64,000 nucleotides of DNA from a virus (taxonomy: Duplodnaviria; Caudoviricetes), in IMG/VR virus record IMGVR_UViG_3300036797_000054, positions 32,001 to 96,000 of that record; one strand, given 5' to 3'. Made by a program: the position numbers and the translations under genes. Shown here piece after piece: positions 37,961 to 47,996 of this stretch. Numbering within the stretch: the stretch's first letter is position 1; the number at the start of each line of letters is the position of its first letter. The notes beneath the pieces are model-generated. The model did not search any database. It worked only from the letters and a program-made list of their open reading frames with translations, and had not been told where the DNA came from.

Positions 37961-38469
37961 GGCGCGAGATGATCCAAGTTGTCACGGCCGACGGCAAGGA
38001 CGAGGCGATCGACATCCTCGCGTGCATTGAGCGCTTCTGCCACCTGCCTGCGCTCGTCGCGATTGCGAACAGACCCGTGCGCGTCGGGCCGGTCGCGGTC
38101 TACCGGCGATCCAAACAGCCAGCGGGCTATGCCCGTGGGCGCGCGTGGTATCGCACGCGCCGCCTGATGCTGAGCTATGGCATCCCCGTCGAGCAGGAGT
38201 GCGCGGAAGAGCTCGCGCTGCACGAGGTCACGCACCTGGCTGTCAACCCGACCGGCAGGCCGCCGTATCGCCACCACGATGCAGCGTTCCGTGTCGCGCT
38301 GCTGCACGCCGCGTGGGAAGTGTGGCCCGCGACTCGCCGCGTCCGCAACCAGGGCCGCGTCTATGCAATGGACGCTCGCATTTGGGAGGCCGCCGTGACC
38401 GAACAACAGGGTCGTGGGCTACCATCGGGTGGCAACCGATCGGGAGGTGCACTACATGGCGGCTGCTGA
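37957..38469 (+). CDS. SprT-like zinc metalloprotease
   Basis: LHEVTHL..HHDAAF. Confidence 0.65.
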   Translation: MRREMIQVVTADGKDEAIDILACIERFCHLPALVAIANRPVRVGPVAVYRRSKQPAGYARGRAWYRTRRLMLSYGIPVEQECAEELALHEVTHLAVNPTGRPPYRHHDAAFRVALLHAAWEVWPATRRVRNQGRVYAMDARIWEAAVTEQQGRGLPSGGNRSGGALHGGC

Positions 38470-38758
38470 TATAGCCGAGGCGCTGCGCGCGGCGCGCAAG
38501 CGTGATCTGAACCGTTTCCTGGAGAGCGACCCGCGCGTGCGCGAGTGGCTGGGCTCGGGCGTGCTGCTCAGCACGAAGGAAGCGGCCGACCTGCTGGAGG
38601 TCGAGCGTGCGCGCGTCTGGCGGTGGACCCAGGCCGGGCGCATCACGGCCGTCGCGCACACGGCAGCATCGCCGCTCTACCTGCGGTGCGATGTGGAGCG
38701 CTTGAAGCGCGAGAACGACGACCGCGCTGCGCGCAAAGCGGCTGCCCAGGCGGCATGA
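38456..38758 (+). CDS. MerR/Xis-like HTH DNA-binding protein
   Basis: LLSTKEAADLLEVERARVWRWTQAGRI. Confidence 0.8.
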   Translation: MAAADIAEALRAARKRDLNRFLESDPRVREWLGSGVLLSTKEAADLLEVERARVWRWTQAGRITAVAHTAASPLYLRCDVERLKRENDDRAARKAAAQAA

Positions 38759-39192
38759 TCTCGAACGTCGAGTGGACGTATGAGCCGACGACGCAGCGGT
38801 GGGGCGCGTGCGTCGTCGGTCCTCCCGACCGTCACTTGACGATCGCGTGGGATGGGGGCGACCACGCGCTCTACCTCAGCGTGCGCGTCGAGGCGACGGC
38901 CAACGTCGAGGGCAGCAGCGAAAGCGTCTACAGCGCGCCGCTTTCGCTGCTGGCGGCGACGCTGCTGCTGCCGCGCGAGGAGCACGGCCAACTGCTGGAG
39001 ATCGTGTCTGCGGCGTTGGTGGAGCTGCGCGACATGGGCATCGTGGCGAACGTGCAGCAGGTGCTCGCCAACTCGATCGAGCCGTGGCCGAAGCCCGCGG
39101 TCGCGGGCCAGAGGATGCAGGCTGCGGCCGAGACGATGCCGCACGTCGAACGACTGGCGCTCGACGTAGCGGCTGCGGGAGCGTGGGGGTGA
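38755..39192 (+). CDS. hypothetical protein
   Basis: ATGA coupling. Confidence 0.5.
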   Translation: MISNVEWTYEPTTQRWGACVVGPPDRHLTIAWDGGDHALYLSVRVEATANVEGSSESVYSAPLSLLAATLLLPREEHGQLLEIVSAALVELRDMGIVANVQQVLANSIEPWPKPAVAGQRMQAAAETMPHVERLALDVAAAGAWG

Positions 39193-39196
39193 TGGA

Positions 39197-39472
39197 GTGT
39201 CATTAGAGTGTCGCTACGTCGCCGCCGAGACAGTCCGTGCAGCCGAGCCGCAGACGCCGTTGGAGAAGCTGCGCGTGTGGTGTGAGGAGAACATCGCTAT
39301 GACTCCGTGGAACGAGCACACGGTCGAGCTGCTGCTAGCTAGCGTACGTGGAGAGGGGCGACGGCTCGGGGTCATGTGCTCGCCTGCAATGGAGCGCATA
39401 GACGGCCAGCACATACTCGTGCTCAACCCCTGGCCGGATCAGCCGCTGGTGTTCGACGGCGAGGGTGCCTGA
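39197..39472 (+). CDS. hypothetical protein
   Basis: fills operon gap. Confidence 0.45.
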   Translation: MSLECRYVAAETVRAAEPQTPLEKLRVWCEENIAMTPWNEHTVELLLASVRGEGRRLGVMCSPAMERIDGQHILVLNPWPDQPLVFDGEGA

Positions 39473-40128
39473 TGTATGGCGACGCCGCTTATCGCTTGCA
39501 TCACACCGTTGATCCAAAGACGCGCTATCCGTTTGTGTGGCCTGCGGTCAAGGACGAAGTGCGCGCGTTTGCGAAGCATCGCTGTATCCGCTGTGGCCAT
39601 CCATACCGCGTAGGCCAGGAGACGTTTTGGTCCGAGCCCGCGCCCAAGGACACCGTGCAGGAGACGGCGGCGCTTTCGCTGTTCGATGCGGAGCCCACGG
39701 ACGAGCCGCGCGTCAAGCGCGAACGTCCCGTGCACTGGTCGCCTTGCGACGAGCACTGCACGCATAGCGGCCTAATTCGCGTGCGGGAAATCGGCGGGGA
39801 GTGGCAGGTCTACGACGGCGACGCCGGGCCGCTGACGGTGCTCAACAGCGTGGAGAAGCAGGCCGCGTGGCGCATCCTCACCGTCCACCATGCCAACGGG
39901 CGCAAGGCGGACCTGCGCTGGTTCAACCTGCTGGCGCTGTGCCAGCGCTGCCATCTGAGCGTGCAGAGCCGCGTGCAGATGGAGCGCATCTACCCGTTCG
40001 AGCACACCGACTGGTTCAAGCCGTACGTGGCCGCGTTCTACGCGCTGAAGTACCTGAACCAGGAACTGGGCCGTCCCGAGGCGGAAGCGCGTCAAGACGA
40101 GCTGCTGGCGCTAGAGCGCCACGCATAG
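39472..40128 (+). CDS. HNH-family protein
   Basis: CIRCGH..ILTVHHANG..NLLALCQRCH. Confidence 0.75.
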   Translation: MYGDAAYRLHHTVDPKTRYPFVWPAVKDEVRAFAKHRCIRCGHPYRVGQETFWSEPAPKDTVQETAALSLFDAEPTDEPRVKRERPVHWSPCDEHCTHSGLIRVREIGGEWQVYDGDAGPLTVLNSVEKQAAWRILTVHHANGRKADLRWFNLLALCQRCHLSVQSRVQMERIYPFEHTDWFKPYVAAFYALKYLNQELGRPEAEARQDELLALERHA

Positions 40129-40132
40129 GTTG

Positions 40133-40161
40133 TTGCCGCGGCGCGCTGCTGCTGCTATTGT
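40133..40161 (+). promoter_or_regulatory. sigma70/SigA-type promoter
   Basis: TTGCCG-17 nt-TATTGT with extended -10 TG. Confidence 0.6.
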
Positions 40162-40166
40162 TCACC

Positions 40167-40286
40167 GTCCTACCAAGGTAGGGCACACGGTGGCCGAAAC
40201 GCCGCCGTAACCGGGACCGCAAGGTCTCCGTGCCTCCAACAGTAGGTTGCCGGAGGCGCGGACCCTAGTGGTCCGCGTTTCTGTTT
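40167..40286 (+). ncRNA. candidate five-hairpin small RNA with intrinsic terminator
   Basis: consecutive hairpins; last CGCGGACC/GGTCCGCG followed by TTTCTGTTT. Confidence 0.6.
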
Positions 40287-40337
40287 GTGGAGCGACTACC
40301 ATCCGCTGTCACAAGGCAATCGACTGGAGGTGCGGAG

Positions 40338-40652
40338 ATGGCAAAGAGTGGCGACGGCGCGGCGAGCAGCGAGCTGCGCGAGGCGACGACCTACATCGTC
40401 TACGAGGTTGTGGAGCCGGGAGACGGCGACCTGATCGGCGAGACGCTGGTGCGGCGCGGCGCGATCCAGGCATCGAGCTCGTCGCAGGCCGAACGCAGCT
40501 ACCGCGAGAAACTGAAAAAGGAGATCGAGGAGCAGTCGAGCGCGGTCGAGCATGAGAAGGTCGAGTTCCGCTGCATCCCGATCCGCTCGGTCGATCCGGT
40601 CTACGTCGCGCAGTTCGCTCAGGAAACGCGCGTCACATCCAGTACGCGATGA
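40338..40652 (+). CDS. hypothetical protein
   Basis: GGAGGTG RBS. Confidence 0.6.
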   Translation: MAKSGDGAASSELREATTYIVYEVVEPGDGDLIGETLVRRGAIQASSSSQAERSYREKLKKEIEEQSSAVEHEKVEFRCIPIRSVDPVYVAQFAQETRVTSSTR

Positions 40653-41076
40653 GCCAGCTTGCGCTCGACATGCCGCCGAGCTGCAAGTTCGAGGGCTGCG
40701 AGCGGCCCGTGGTCGGATCGTCCACCACGGGCACCGGCCACGTCTGCCGCGGTCACAACGAGCAGGAGTGGGCGCACGCGCTACGGCGCTACGACCCACG
40801 CACGAGCGCAGCGCTCGCTGCTGATGCTCATCGGTCGCTTCGGGCATGAGCGATCGCCACCAGCAGCTCAGCGCCGACCTCGGGCATTTCCGCGGGCCAG
40901 AGGGCGAGCCGATGGTCTACGCCGCCCAGGTGCACCGGCGTTCGCTCTCGGACTTGTACTACCTCGCTCGCGTCCGACTCGTGGGGCAACCGCAGGCCGG
41001 GCTTGAAACGTGCGAGCTCTACGGGCACGAACCGGCAGGGCTTCGCTGCCAGCGCTGCGGCCAACCTGTTCGCTGA
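40649..41076 (+). CDS. two small coupled hypothetical zinc-finger-like ORFs (40649-40849, 40846-41076)
   Basis: ATGA overlaps; Cys/His motifs. Confidence 0.45.
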
Positions 41077-41114
41077 GAACATGAGGACAGAGCGCCGGAT
41101 TTAGCCTTCGGGGT

Positions 41115-43532
41115 GTGACTGCACGCCCTACGACGATCGCCGTTGAGGACTTGCAGGATGTGCGGGGACCGTTCGCCGACCGCGATGCGCTGGTCTATGA
41201 CGAGACGAGCGGCACGTTCATCGGCGCGCGGGGTGGCACCGGTGACGGTGAAGCTGGCGCGACCGGCGCGACTGGACCACCGGGCGCGACGGGACCTGCT
41301 GGCAGCGGCAGTGCTGGAGCGACTGGAGCGACGGGACCTGCGGGCAGCAACGGCGCGACCGGGGCGAGCGGCGTCGGCACGGCGGGCGCGACGGGAGCTA
41401 CGGGGCCGCCAGGCGCGGGCTCGGCGGGGGCCACCGGCGCGACCGGCCCAGCGGGCGGCGCGGGGGCCACCGGCGCAACTGGCACCGCGGGCGGCGCGGG
41501 CGCGACGGGCGCAGGATCTCAGGGGGCGACCGGCGCGACCGGCGCAGCAGGCACCGTCGGCGCGACCGGCGCGAAAGGGACGACCGGGACCGGAGAAGCA
41601 GGCGCGACCGGGGCCACGGGGCCGAGCGCTGCGGGTGCCACTGGCGCGACTGGACCGGCAGGCGGCGGCGGGGCGACCGGGGCGACCGGCCCCGGGGGTA
41701 GCCAGGGCGCGACTGGCCCGGCCGGGAGCGGAGGAGCTGCGGGCGCGACTGGTCCTACCGGCCCGGCTGGCACACCGGGGGCGACTGGAGCTGGAGCAAC
41801 CGGGGCGACCGGAGTCGGCGCGGCGGGTGCCACGGGCGCGACCGGCCCGGCTGGAATTGGCACGGCGGGCGCAACTGGCGCAACTGGCGCAGTGGGCGCT
41901 ACTGGATCGGCGCAGCCCATGCAGTACGTCGTCACGCGACCCGAGGAATTCGGCGCGCTGCGCGATGGCGTCGCCGACGACACTGCGGCGATCCGCGCTG
42001 CCGTCAATGAAGCTGTCGCCCGTGGCATCGCCGATGGCAGCAACTACGCCGAGGTGTGGTTCACGACGGGGACCTATCTGCTCGCGGCCGCGCCGGTGGC
42101 AGGCGGCGCAACCAAAGGCAACGCACAGGTCCCGCTTCCCGTCCTGGCCGAGGCAGGTCCGGGGTTCACGTTGGTGCTCAAGGGCGTCACGGATGCCTCG
42201 CCGATCAGCTACTACCTAGCCTCGAACGTCCATCACCGAGGCGTCCGGCTCAAGACGACGCACGTCGGCGAATTCGGCGAATTCGGTGCGCCGAGCGTAA
42301 TCGGCGGCCCTACGCCTCAAGGGCTGCCCGGCGGCGCGTACTCGGACATGCTGGTGGTGGTGGACGGGATCATGGTCGAGGCACCGAAAAACCCGTCGAT
42401 CATCGGCTTTGACTTTCGCAAGATCGCCGAAGTCAATGTCAAGAACGGCGCGGCGCTGGTCGCGGCCACGCCGGAAGAACTGTCGCTATCGCGCCCCTCT
42501 AATGAACTTGGGATTGGGCTGTATATGCCGTTGGCGAACAACGGCAACAACGCCAAGATCGGGAGCTGGACCTGCGAAGGCTTCTACTACGGCCTAGCGA
42601 TATCCGATCACGTTGTCGCTCAGCGCATCCTCACCGTGTGGACGAGGTACGGGATGTTCGTCGCCGAACCGGGATTGCATTCGCAGGGCGCGGTAATCCA
42701 GTACCTCTCGATCGTCGCCAGCGAACACGGAATTCAGGTGCAGGCGGCCGAAGGCACGACGTTCCCGCTGGTCATCGACCTGTTTCAGGCCGAAGAAATC
42801 GAAACGCACGACATCATTGACACGCAGAACACGTTGGTCGGGCCGATCGGGTTCAATGAAGGCGAGTTCGGTCATGCGCCCAACCTGCAAGGCGCAGCGC
42901 GTGCGCACGTCATCGACCTGAACGCGCCATGGAGCTCGGGCGCGACTGGCGCGACGGGGCCAGCCGGTGCGACGGGGGCTGCTGGCGGTGCTGGCGCTAC
43001 CGGCGCGACGGGACCGGCCGGGACGGGTGGCGCGCAAGGCGCGACAGGGCCAGCGGGCGCGAGCGGAGCGACCGGCCCCGCGGGTGGCGCGGGCGCGACC
43101 GGAGCTGGCGGCGCTGTCGGGGCGACCGGGGCGACAGGACCGGCCGGTGAAGCTGGCGCGACCGGAGCGACCGGCGCGGCTGGGGCGACCGGCCCCAAAG
43201 GCCCCACCTCGGATCTCCACGCCTGGGCGATGACGTTCGCCGTAGGTGAACTGCCGGGCATCGAAATCGAGCTACAGGAAGGTGAATCGCTGTCGCTCGT
43301 GGCCGTCCGTGTGCGCGGGCTTGAAGGCGAAGGCGAATACGAAGTCAAGCGCAACGGCACCGCCGTCACATCGCTGAACGCGCTGAAAATGAAAGCGGGC
43401 GAAGCCAAACGCACCGAAGCCAACGGGGGCACGCCGGTGACGCTGGCGTCGGGCGACTACTTCACGCTGAACGTCAAGTCGGTCAGCGGCACCACCAAGG
43501 GCATGATCACTCTCGTGGGGAGGCGCACATGA
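41115..43532 (+). CDS. collagen-like fibre protein with central pectate-lyase-like beta-helix
   Basis: two interrupted Gly-X-Y (GAT/GPA) blocks; [26 protein letters not shown] beta-helix cap. Confidence 0.85.
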   Translation: MTARPTTIAVEDLQDVRGPFADRDALVYDETSGTFIGARGGTGDGEAGATGATGPPGATGPAGSGSAGATGATGPAGSNGATGASGVGTAGATGATGPPGAGSAGATGATGPAGGAGATGATGTAGGAGATGAGSQGATGATGAAGTVGATGAKGTTGTGEAGATGATGPSAAGATGATGPAGGGGATGATGPGGSQGATGPAGSGGAAGATGPTGPAGTPGATGAGATGATGVGAAGATGATGPAGIGTAGATGATGAVGATGSAQPMQYVVTRPEEFGALRDGVADDTAAIRAAVNEAVARGIADGSNYAEVWFTTGTYLLAAAPVAGGATKGNAQVPLPVLAEAGPGFTLVLKGVTDASPISYYLASNVHHRGVRLKTTHVGEFGEFGAPSVIGGPTPQGLPGGAYSDMLVVVDGIMVEAPKNPSIIGFDFRKIAEVNVKNGAALVAATPEELSLSRPSNELGIGLYMPLANNGNNAKIGSWTCEGFYYGLAISDHVVAQRILTVWTRYGMFVAEPGLHSQGAVIQYLSIVASEHGIQVQAAEGTTFPLVIDLFQAEEIETHDIIDTQNTLVGPIGFNEGEFGHAPNLQGAARAHVIDLNAPWSSGATGATGPAGATGAAGGAGATGATGPAGTGGAQGATGPAGASGATGPAGGAGATGAGGAVGATGATGPAGEAGATGATGAAGATGPKGPTSDLHAWAMTFAVGELPGIEIELQEGESLSLVAVRVRGLEGEGEYEVKRNGTAVTSLNALKMKAGEAKRTEANGGTPVTLASGDYFTLNVKSVSGTTKGMITLVGRRT

Positions 43533-44215
43533 TCGCGATCGCCGGACGCACCACGGCGCTGCTCGTTGACTTCGGCGCGCGCAAGCACGGGCTCGCGACT
43601 GTGGGCTACGCGCTGCTCAATCCCGACGGCACCGTGCACACCGCGCGCACGACGAGCGGCATCGTCAACATCGCGGGCGGCCTCTACATGGCGCACGTCA
43701 CGCTGCCCGCGAAATGGTCGGGCGCGATCTCGTGGGACACCGGCGAGGCTGAACCGGTCTACGCCGCCGAGGACATCGATGCAGCCAACCTCGAATACCT
43801 CGACGCGGCGGTGAGCTCGCGTGCGACCGTCGTCAACCTGGCGAACACGACGCTTCAGGTCGTCGGGCCGGTCAGCACCACCGGCGATATCACCATCCTT
43901 GCGGGCGACGACTACCTCGCTGCCGACTCGCGCGCGCTCGTGTTCACTGATCCGACCGGCACGCGCTGGCCCTCGCTGGCGGCAGCGACAATCGAGCTGA
44001 TCGCGTTCGATGAATCCCACGGGGAAAAGTTCACGACCGCGGGCGTGGAAATCTCGGCCACGTCACCCGCGCGCTCGGTGAGCGTGGACATCGAGGGCGA
44101 TGACACCGCCAACGTACCGGGCGACTGGCGCTACCGGCTCGTGGCGCATCTTGTGTCCGGCTCGACGGTCACGCTTTCCAACGGCGTGTTCAACATCGAG
44201 TCTCCCTTCGCATGA
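43529..44215 (+). CDS. beta-rich structural/adaptor-like protein
   Basis: coupled to collagen gene; [23 protein letters not shown] resembles BppU-type beta sandwich. Confidence 0.45.
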   Translation: MIAIAGRTTALLVDFGARKHGLATVGYALLNPDGTVHTARTTSGIVNIAGGLYMAHVTLPAKWSGAISWDTGEAEPVYAAEDIDAANLEYLDAAVSSRATVVNLANTTLQVVGPVSTTGDITILAGDDYLAADSRALVFTDPTGTRWPSLAAATIELIAFDESHGEKFTTAGVEISATSPARSVSVDIEGDDTANVPGDWRYRLVAHLVSGSTVTLSNGVFNIESPFA

Positions 44216-44379
44216 TCCGCACGCTGTTCGAGTGGTGGCACTGGCAGTCGGCCGCGCCCGACGCCGGGCGAACTGCTGCGCTGCTCGGCTGCTAGACAGA
44301 GCAACCAAACGCTGCTAGACTGCCCGGCGCAACCGACCGGAGGCATCAGTTGGCGGGACTGGCAGTAGCAGAGCGGCCT

Positions 44380-44700
44380 ATGCAATGGGAGCTGGACCTG
44401 GCCCGTGCGCGCCTACAGCGCGAGCGGCCTCACGTCCTGTACGCCCGCACGCAGGCCCGGCTCGACAAGATGCAGGCCGAGGCCGAGAGAGTGGGCGAGC
44501 TCGATGTGCTCGTGCTGCTGCCCAGCGGCCGCATAGGGCATCTGCGCACCCGCGCGGCAGCCCTCTTGCCCGCGCAGTGGCGCAGTAGCCCGCACGACAT
44601 CGGCTGGCGCACCGGCACGGCCACGCGACATGGCGACTGGGTACGGTTCACTACGCCTGATGACTGGACGGTCACAGGGCTGATCGTGGATCGTGCGTGA
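44380..44700 (+). CDS. hypothetical protein
   Basis: ORF fills gap. Confidence 0.45.
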   Translation: MQWELDLARARLQRERPHVLYARTQARLDKMQAEAERVGELDVLVLLPSGRIGHLRTRAAALLPAQWRSSPHDIGWRTGTATRHGDWVRFTTPDDWTVTGLIVDRA

Positions 44701-44721
44701 CGATCAAACTGGAGGTGCGAA

Positions 44722-45163
44722 ATGGCTGAGACGGAGAGCGCAACAAAGATCGTGGGGGGGGGGCGTCCTCTCATGGCCTCGACACGAGCGCGTGTCCGAT
44801 CGCTACGGCACGGTCATCCTCCTCAGCGTGCCGGGTCCCGCGAGCACCGGGATGGCGCTCGCGACGGGACTTGACGGCCAGTATGGACGGCTTGTGGCGA
44901 GCGTCACCGAGACGCGCCAGTCACAGCACATCGGCGACCTGTTCAGAGGACTGGCCCCGCCGCGGAGCGACGAGGACCGCGCTGCCATTGGGCAGGAGTA
45001 CACGCTTGGCGAGGGCACCGTGTTCTACGAGGACGCCGAAGGGTCGCCTGTCATCGGCTTGCGTCCCGACGAGGACCGTGCCGCCGACTGGCTCGACCCG
45101 ACCATCCTCTACCTGCTGCACGAACAGTCCGTGGTGCTCACGTTCGTGCCGAGCGGCGGCTGA
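44722..45163 (+). pseudogene. hypothetical gene frameshifted at G10 tract (44754-44763)
   Basis: strong RBS at ATG 44722; removing one G joins it to the long frame ending 45163. Confidence 0.6.
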
Positions 45164-45165
45164 CC

Positions 45166-45642
45166 ATGGACGCTGAGCAGCCGGTGAATGCCCGCCAGCG
45201 CACCACGCTAGAGTCGCGGTCGTTCGGGACGTGGCTGAAACGCAGCCGCGAAGCGCGCCGCCTCGGCAGCAAAGAGCTGGCCGAGAAGTGCGGGCTGGCG
45301 CGCGGTGTGATCACCGAGCTGGAGCAGGGCACCCTGCGGCCAAACCGCGCCATCGACGTGTACGTGCGCGTGGCGAAAGGGCTGGAGCTGGAACTTGGAT
45401 TCGTGCTCTACAAGGCCGGATTCGACATGGGCGAGTCCGGCCTGAACATGGAGCGCTTGCAGCGCACCGAGGAGATCATCGAACTCCTGGGCACCAACGA
45501 AAGCCGCATCCGCCGTGCGATCGCCGAGGGGATGGAGGGCTTCAACATCCAGGGGAACTACCCCCTGGCGGAGCGCCTTGGCGACGCGCTCGGCAAGTTC
45601 GATCTCGTGACCGAGCGACTACGCGAAGGGAGACAGACGTGA
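45166..45642 (+). CDS. XRE-family HTH regulator
   Basis: FGTWLKRSREARRLGSKELAEKCGLARGVITELEQG. Confidence 0.85.
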   Translation: MDAEQPVNARQRTTLESRSFGTWLKRSREARRLGSKELAEKCGLARGVITELEQGTLRPNRAIDVYVRVAKGLELELGFVLYKAGFDMGESGLNMERLQRTEEIIELLGTNESRIRRAIAEGMEGFNIQGNYPLAERLGDALGKFDLVTERLREGRQT

Positions 45643-46427
45643 CCGCAACCGCAACAGCCCCTGACGGGGCAAAGCTCGCGATCGACATCGCCGAGTGGCC
45701 GTTCCGCTTCGAGGTGATCGACCTGAGGGCGACGTTCATAGACGCGCGCTACCAGCGCGACCTGAAACCGATCAAATCGGTATTCGACCCACGGCTGGTC
45801 GGCTGCCTCACCGTCAACGAACGGCCACGCGCTGGCGTGAATCTCTCGGTCATCGACGGGCAACGCCGCCGCGACAAGATACTCGCGGTCAAATTTGACT
45901 CGCCGGTCCCAGCGTGCGTGTTCGAAGACCTCACGCTGGAGCAAGAGGCCGAACTGTTCTCGCTGTTCCAGCGCGAACGCAAGAGCATCACGCCGTTCGA
46001 GCGCTTCAAGTCAGACCTTGTGGCGAAAGTACCCGTGTCGATGGCGATCAACAAAATGATCTCGGAGGAGGGCTTCGAGATGGCAGCAAACGACTCCACG
46101 ATGCGCGAGCTCAAGGCCGTGCGCGGGATCGAGCGCATCTATGCCGAGGACCCCGAACTGCTGCGCACGGTGCTCCAGCTCGTGCGCATGACGTGGGACG
46201 GCGTGCCGTTCGCCAGCCGCGATCAGATGCTGAAAGGCATCGCGTGGTTCGTCCAGAGCACCGAAGACCTAGACATGGAGCGGTTCGTCAAGCGGCTCAA
46301 AGACGTGACCCCGTCGGAGCTCAATCGCCGTGCTGACATGCACCGCGAGGCCAAAGGGCTGACCGGATCGTCGCCCCGTTTTATGGGCGAAGTGATCCAA
46401 GACGCTTACCGCCGGAAAGGCCGATAG
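45639..46427 (+). CDS. ParB/Srx-like N-terminal domain protein
   Basis: IDARYQRDL..FDPRLVGCLTVNER..VIDGQRR. Confidence 0.75.
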   Translation: MTATATAPDGAKLAIDIAEWPFRFEVIDLRATFIDARYQRDLKPIKSVFDPRLVGCLTVNERPRAGVNLSVIDGQRRRDKILAVKFDSPVPACVFEDLTLEQEAELFSLFQRERKSITPFERFKSDLVAKVPVSMAINKMISEEGFEMAANDSTMRELKAVRGIERIYAEDPELLRTVLQLVRMTWDGVPFASRDQMLKGIAWFVQSTEDLDMERFVKRLKDVTPSELNRRADMHREAKGLTGSSPRFMGEVIQDAYRRKGR

Positions 46428-46429
46428 AC

Positions 46430-46960
46430 ATGTCGGTCGTGAACGCTGAGCTCGCGACCATCGTCCAGCGTCGCCGCACGCGCATCGCACGTCTTCAAGA
46501 GGAAGTGGACAAGACGGAACAGCGCGTGAGCTACCTCAACGACAAACTACTGCCTCGGCTCAAGGACGAGCTGGACAAGGCGGTGGGCGAAGAAGAGGCC
46601 CGGATCGGCGAGGAGCCTCCCGTAGCGACACCTGACGGCGAGCCTACACCGGCGGCTCCCGAGGAGTTGCCGATCCCACCGCTGCTCAGCGACGCCACCG
46701 TTCGCGATGCTGCGGTGCGCCTGAACGTGTTCACCGAGCCGGAGCTGGCGGCGGTGCTTCAAGTGCCCATCAAGGATGTCAGGAAGGCGCTACCGGGCCT
46801 GATCGAACGGCGCATCGTCCGCGCGACAGGACGCAGGTTCCACGGCAAGCCGATGTACGAGTACGTGCGTCCGGTCACAGCGGGCAGTGCGTTTGAGCAG
46901 CAGCAAGCGCTGACGGCCGAAAACGGAGCCCAAAGTTCGAGGGGGGGGGGGTTCCAGTGA
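46430..46960 (+). CDS. coiled-coil plus winged-helix protein; G11 tract near 3' end
   Basis: FTEPELAAVL..LPGLIERRIV; one G fewer extends the ORF to 47069. Confidence 0.6.
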   Translation: MSVVNAELATIVQRRRTRIARLQEEVDKTEQRVSYLNDKLLPRLKDELDKAVGEEEARIGEEPPVATPDGEPTPAAPEELPIPPLLSDATVRDAAVRLNVFTEPELAAVLQVPIKDVRKALPGLIERRIVRATGRRFHGKPMYEYVRPVTAGSAFEQQQALTAENGAQSSRGGGFQ

Positions 46961-47101
46961 TCCTGTTCCCTTCACCGGCAAGCCAAAGGGCACTAGCAGC
47001 AAACCGGGGCGCGACCGCAAACTGGCGCGTGCGGGGCATCGCGTCATCAAGAAACGCGAAGCGACGTAGGTAGGGTCCGGTGCGCTCGGCAAGATGCAGC
47101 G

Positions 47102-47314
47102 GTGGCCGATGCGATGAGACGCCGCCGTCAATGGCGCTGGACATGGCCTGCGCACTTCCGGCTCACGCTGGTTTTCGAGCCTGCCGTGGGTAACGATCAT
47201 CTGCCGCGCATCGAGCGCATCCGCCAATCGTTGCGCAGCCAATACGCCGACGGTAGGATCTCGCTCGACACTTTCGAGCGCAGAATGGAACGCGCACTGG
47301 AGCGTGAGTGCTGA
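47102..47314 (+). CDS. small protein with SHOCT/DUF1707-like C-terminus
   Basis: LRSQYADGRISLDTFERRME. Confidence 0.5.
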   Translation: MADAMRRRRQWRWTWPAHFRLTLVFEPAVGNDHLPRIERIRQSLRSQYADGRISLDTFERRMERALEREC

Positions 47315-47580
47315 TGCCACGAGAAACGATAAGTCAGAAGGCCGAACGCCTGCTGCGCGAGAGCAGCGTCACGCAGTTGACGATCAGCATCGACCACGGC
47401 GTAGGCGTCTACGCCGTCAAGGGCGACACGATGAGCTATCTGGTGACGGTGCTCTCGCCCGACCTGCGCGAGGAGGCACAGCGCCTGGGCGTGACACCGG
47501 GGAACTGCCCGTGCGAGGCGCGCGGCATGTGCTCGCACCTGCTGGCCGCCGACGCGATGTACCGCGCGCAGACGTTGTGA
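47314..47580 (+). CDS. SWIM zinc-finger protein
   Basis: CPCEARGMCSH. Confidence 0.7.
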   Translation: MPRETISQKAERLLRESSVTQLTISIDHGVGVYAVKGDTMSYLVTVLSPDLREEAQRLGVTPGNCPCEARGMCSHLLAADAMYRAQTL

Positions 47581-47996
47581 GCACGGACAAGATCGCCAAG
47601 AATCTCAGAGCGTTCATCATCGCGGTCAACGCGCACGACCGCGAGAATCCGACGCACGAGCCAGCCTATGGGATCGGGCTCAGCGCGCACGACATGGAGC
47701 GCCTGGACTTCGAGGAGGGCGAGGAGCTGTGGCCCGGTGTACGGGTGGAGACGGACACCGGAGTCTCGGGCAATTTCCGCGTGCTGTGCACCGGCGATCA
47801 CGAGGAGGAGGCCGAGGCTGAGCGCGAGGAGGCGCACGCCGTCGGTGTCGCTCTCGGGCTCGCGGAGCCGGGCGAGGCAAACGAGGTCGAGCTGGCCCCG
47901 GTCATAGGTCCAGGATGGCCGACTGAGACGATCGAGATTCAGGTCGAGCGTCCGCGTGTGGTCCGCACGATCATCAGCGAACCACGCGTGCGATGA
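47577..47996 (+). CDS. hypothetical protein
   Basis: GTGA/ATGA coupling on both sides. Confidence 0.5.
   Translation: MSTDKIAKNLRAFIIAVNAHDRENPTHEPAYGIGLSAHDMERLDFEEGEELWPGVRVETDTGVSGNFRVLCTGDHEEEAEAEREEAHAVGVALGLAEPGEANEVELAPVIGPGWPTETIEIQVERPRVVRTIISEPRVR

Noticed and set aside
40181-40252. c-di-GMP-I (GEMM) riboswitch
   Set aside because: Scattered similar words (GGGCAC, GAAA, GCAA, GGTTGCC), but the pairings form independent hairpins rather than the P1-P2-P3 junction.
41230-43205. CRISPR array or non-coding tandem repeat
   Set aside because: Repeats are 9-nt codon-level Gly-X-Y units inside an ORF, with no constant repeat/unique spacer structure.
45166-46427. Lysogeny or plasmid-prophage partition module
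   Set aside because: XRE and ParB-like genes are co-directional with early genes; no integrase, ParA or divergent switch was seen, so lifestyle cannot be called.
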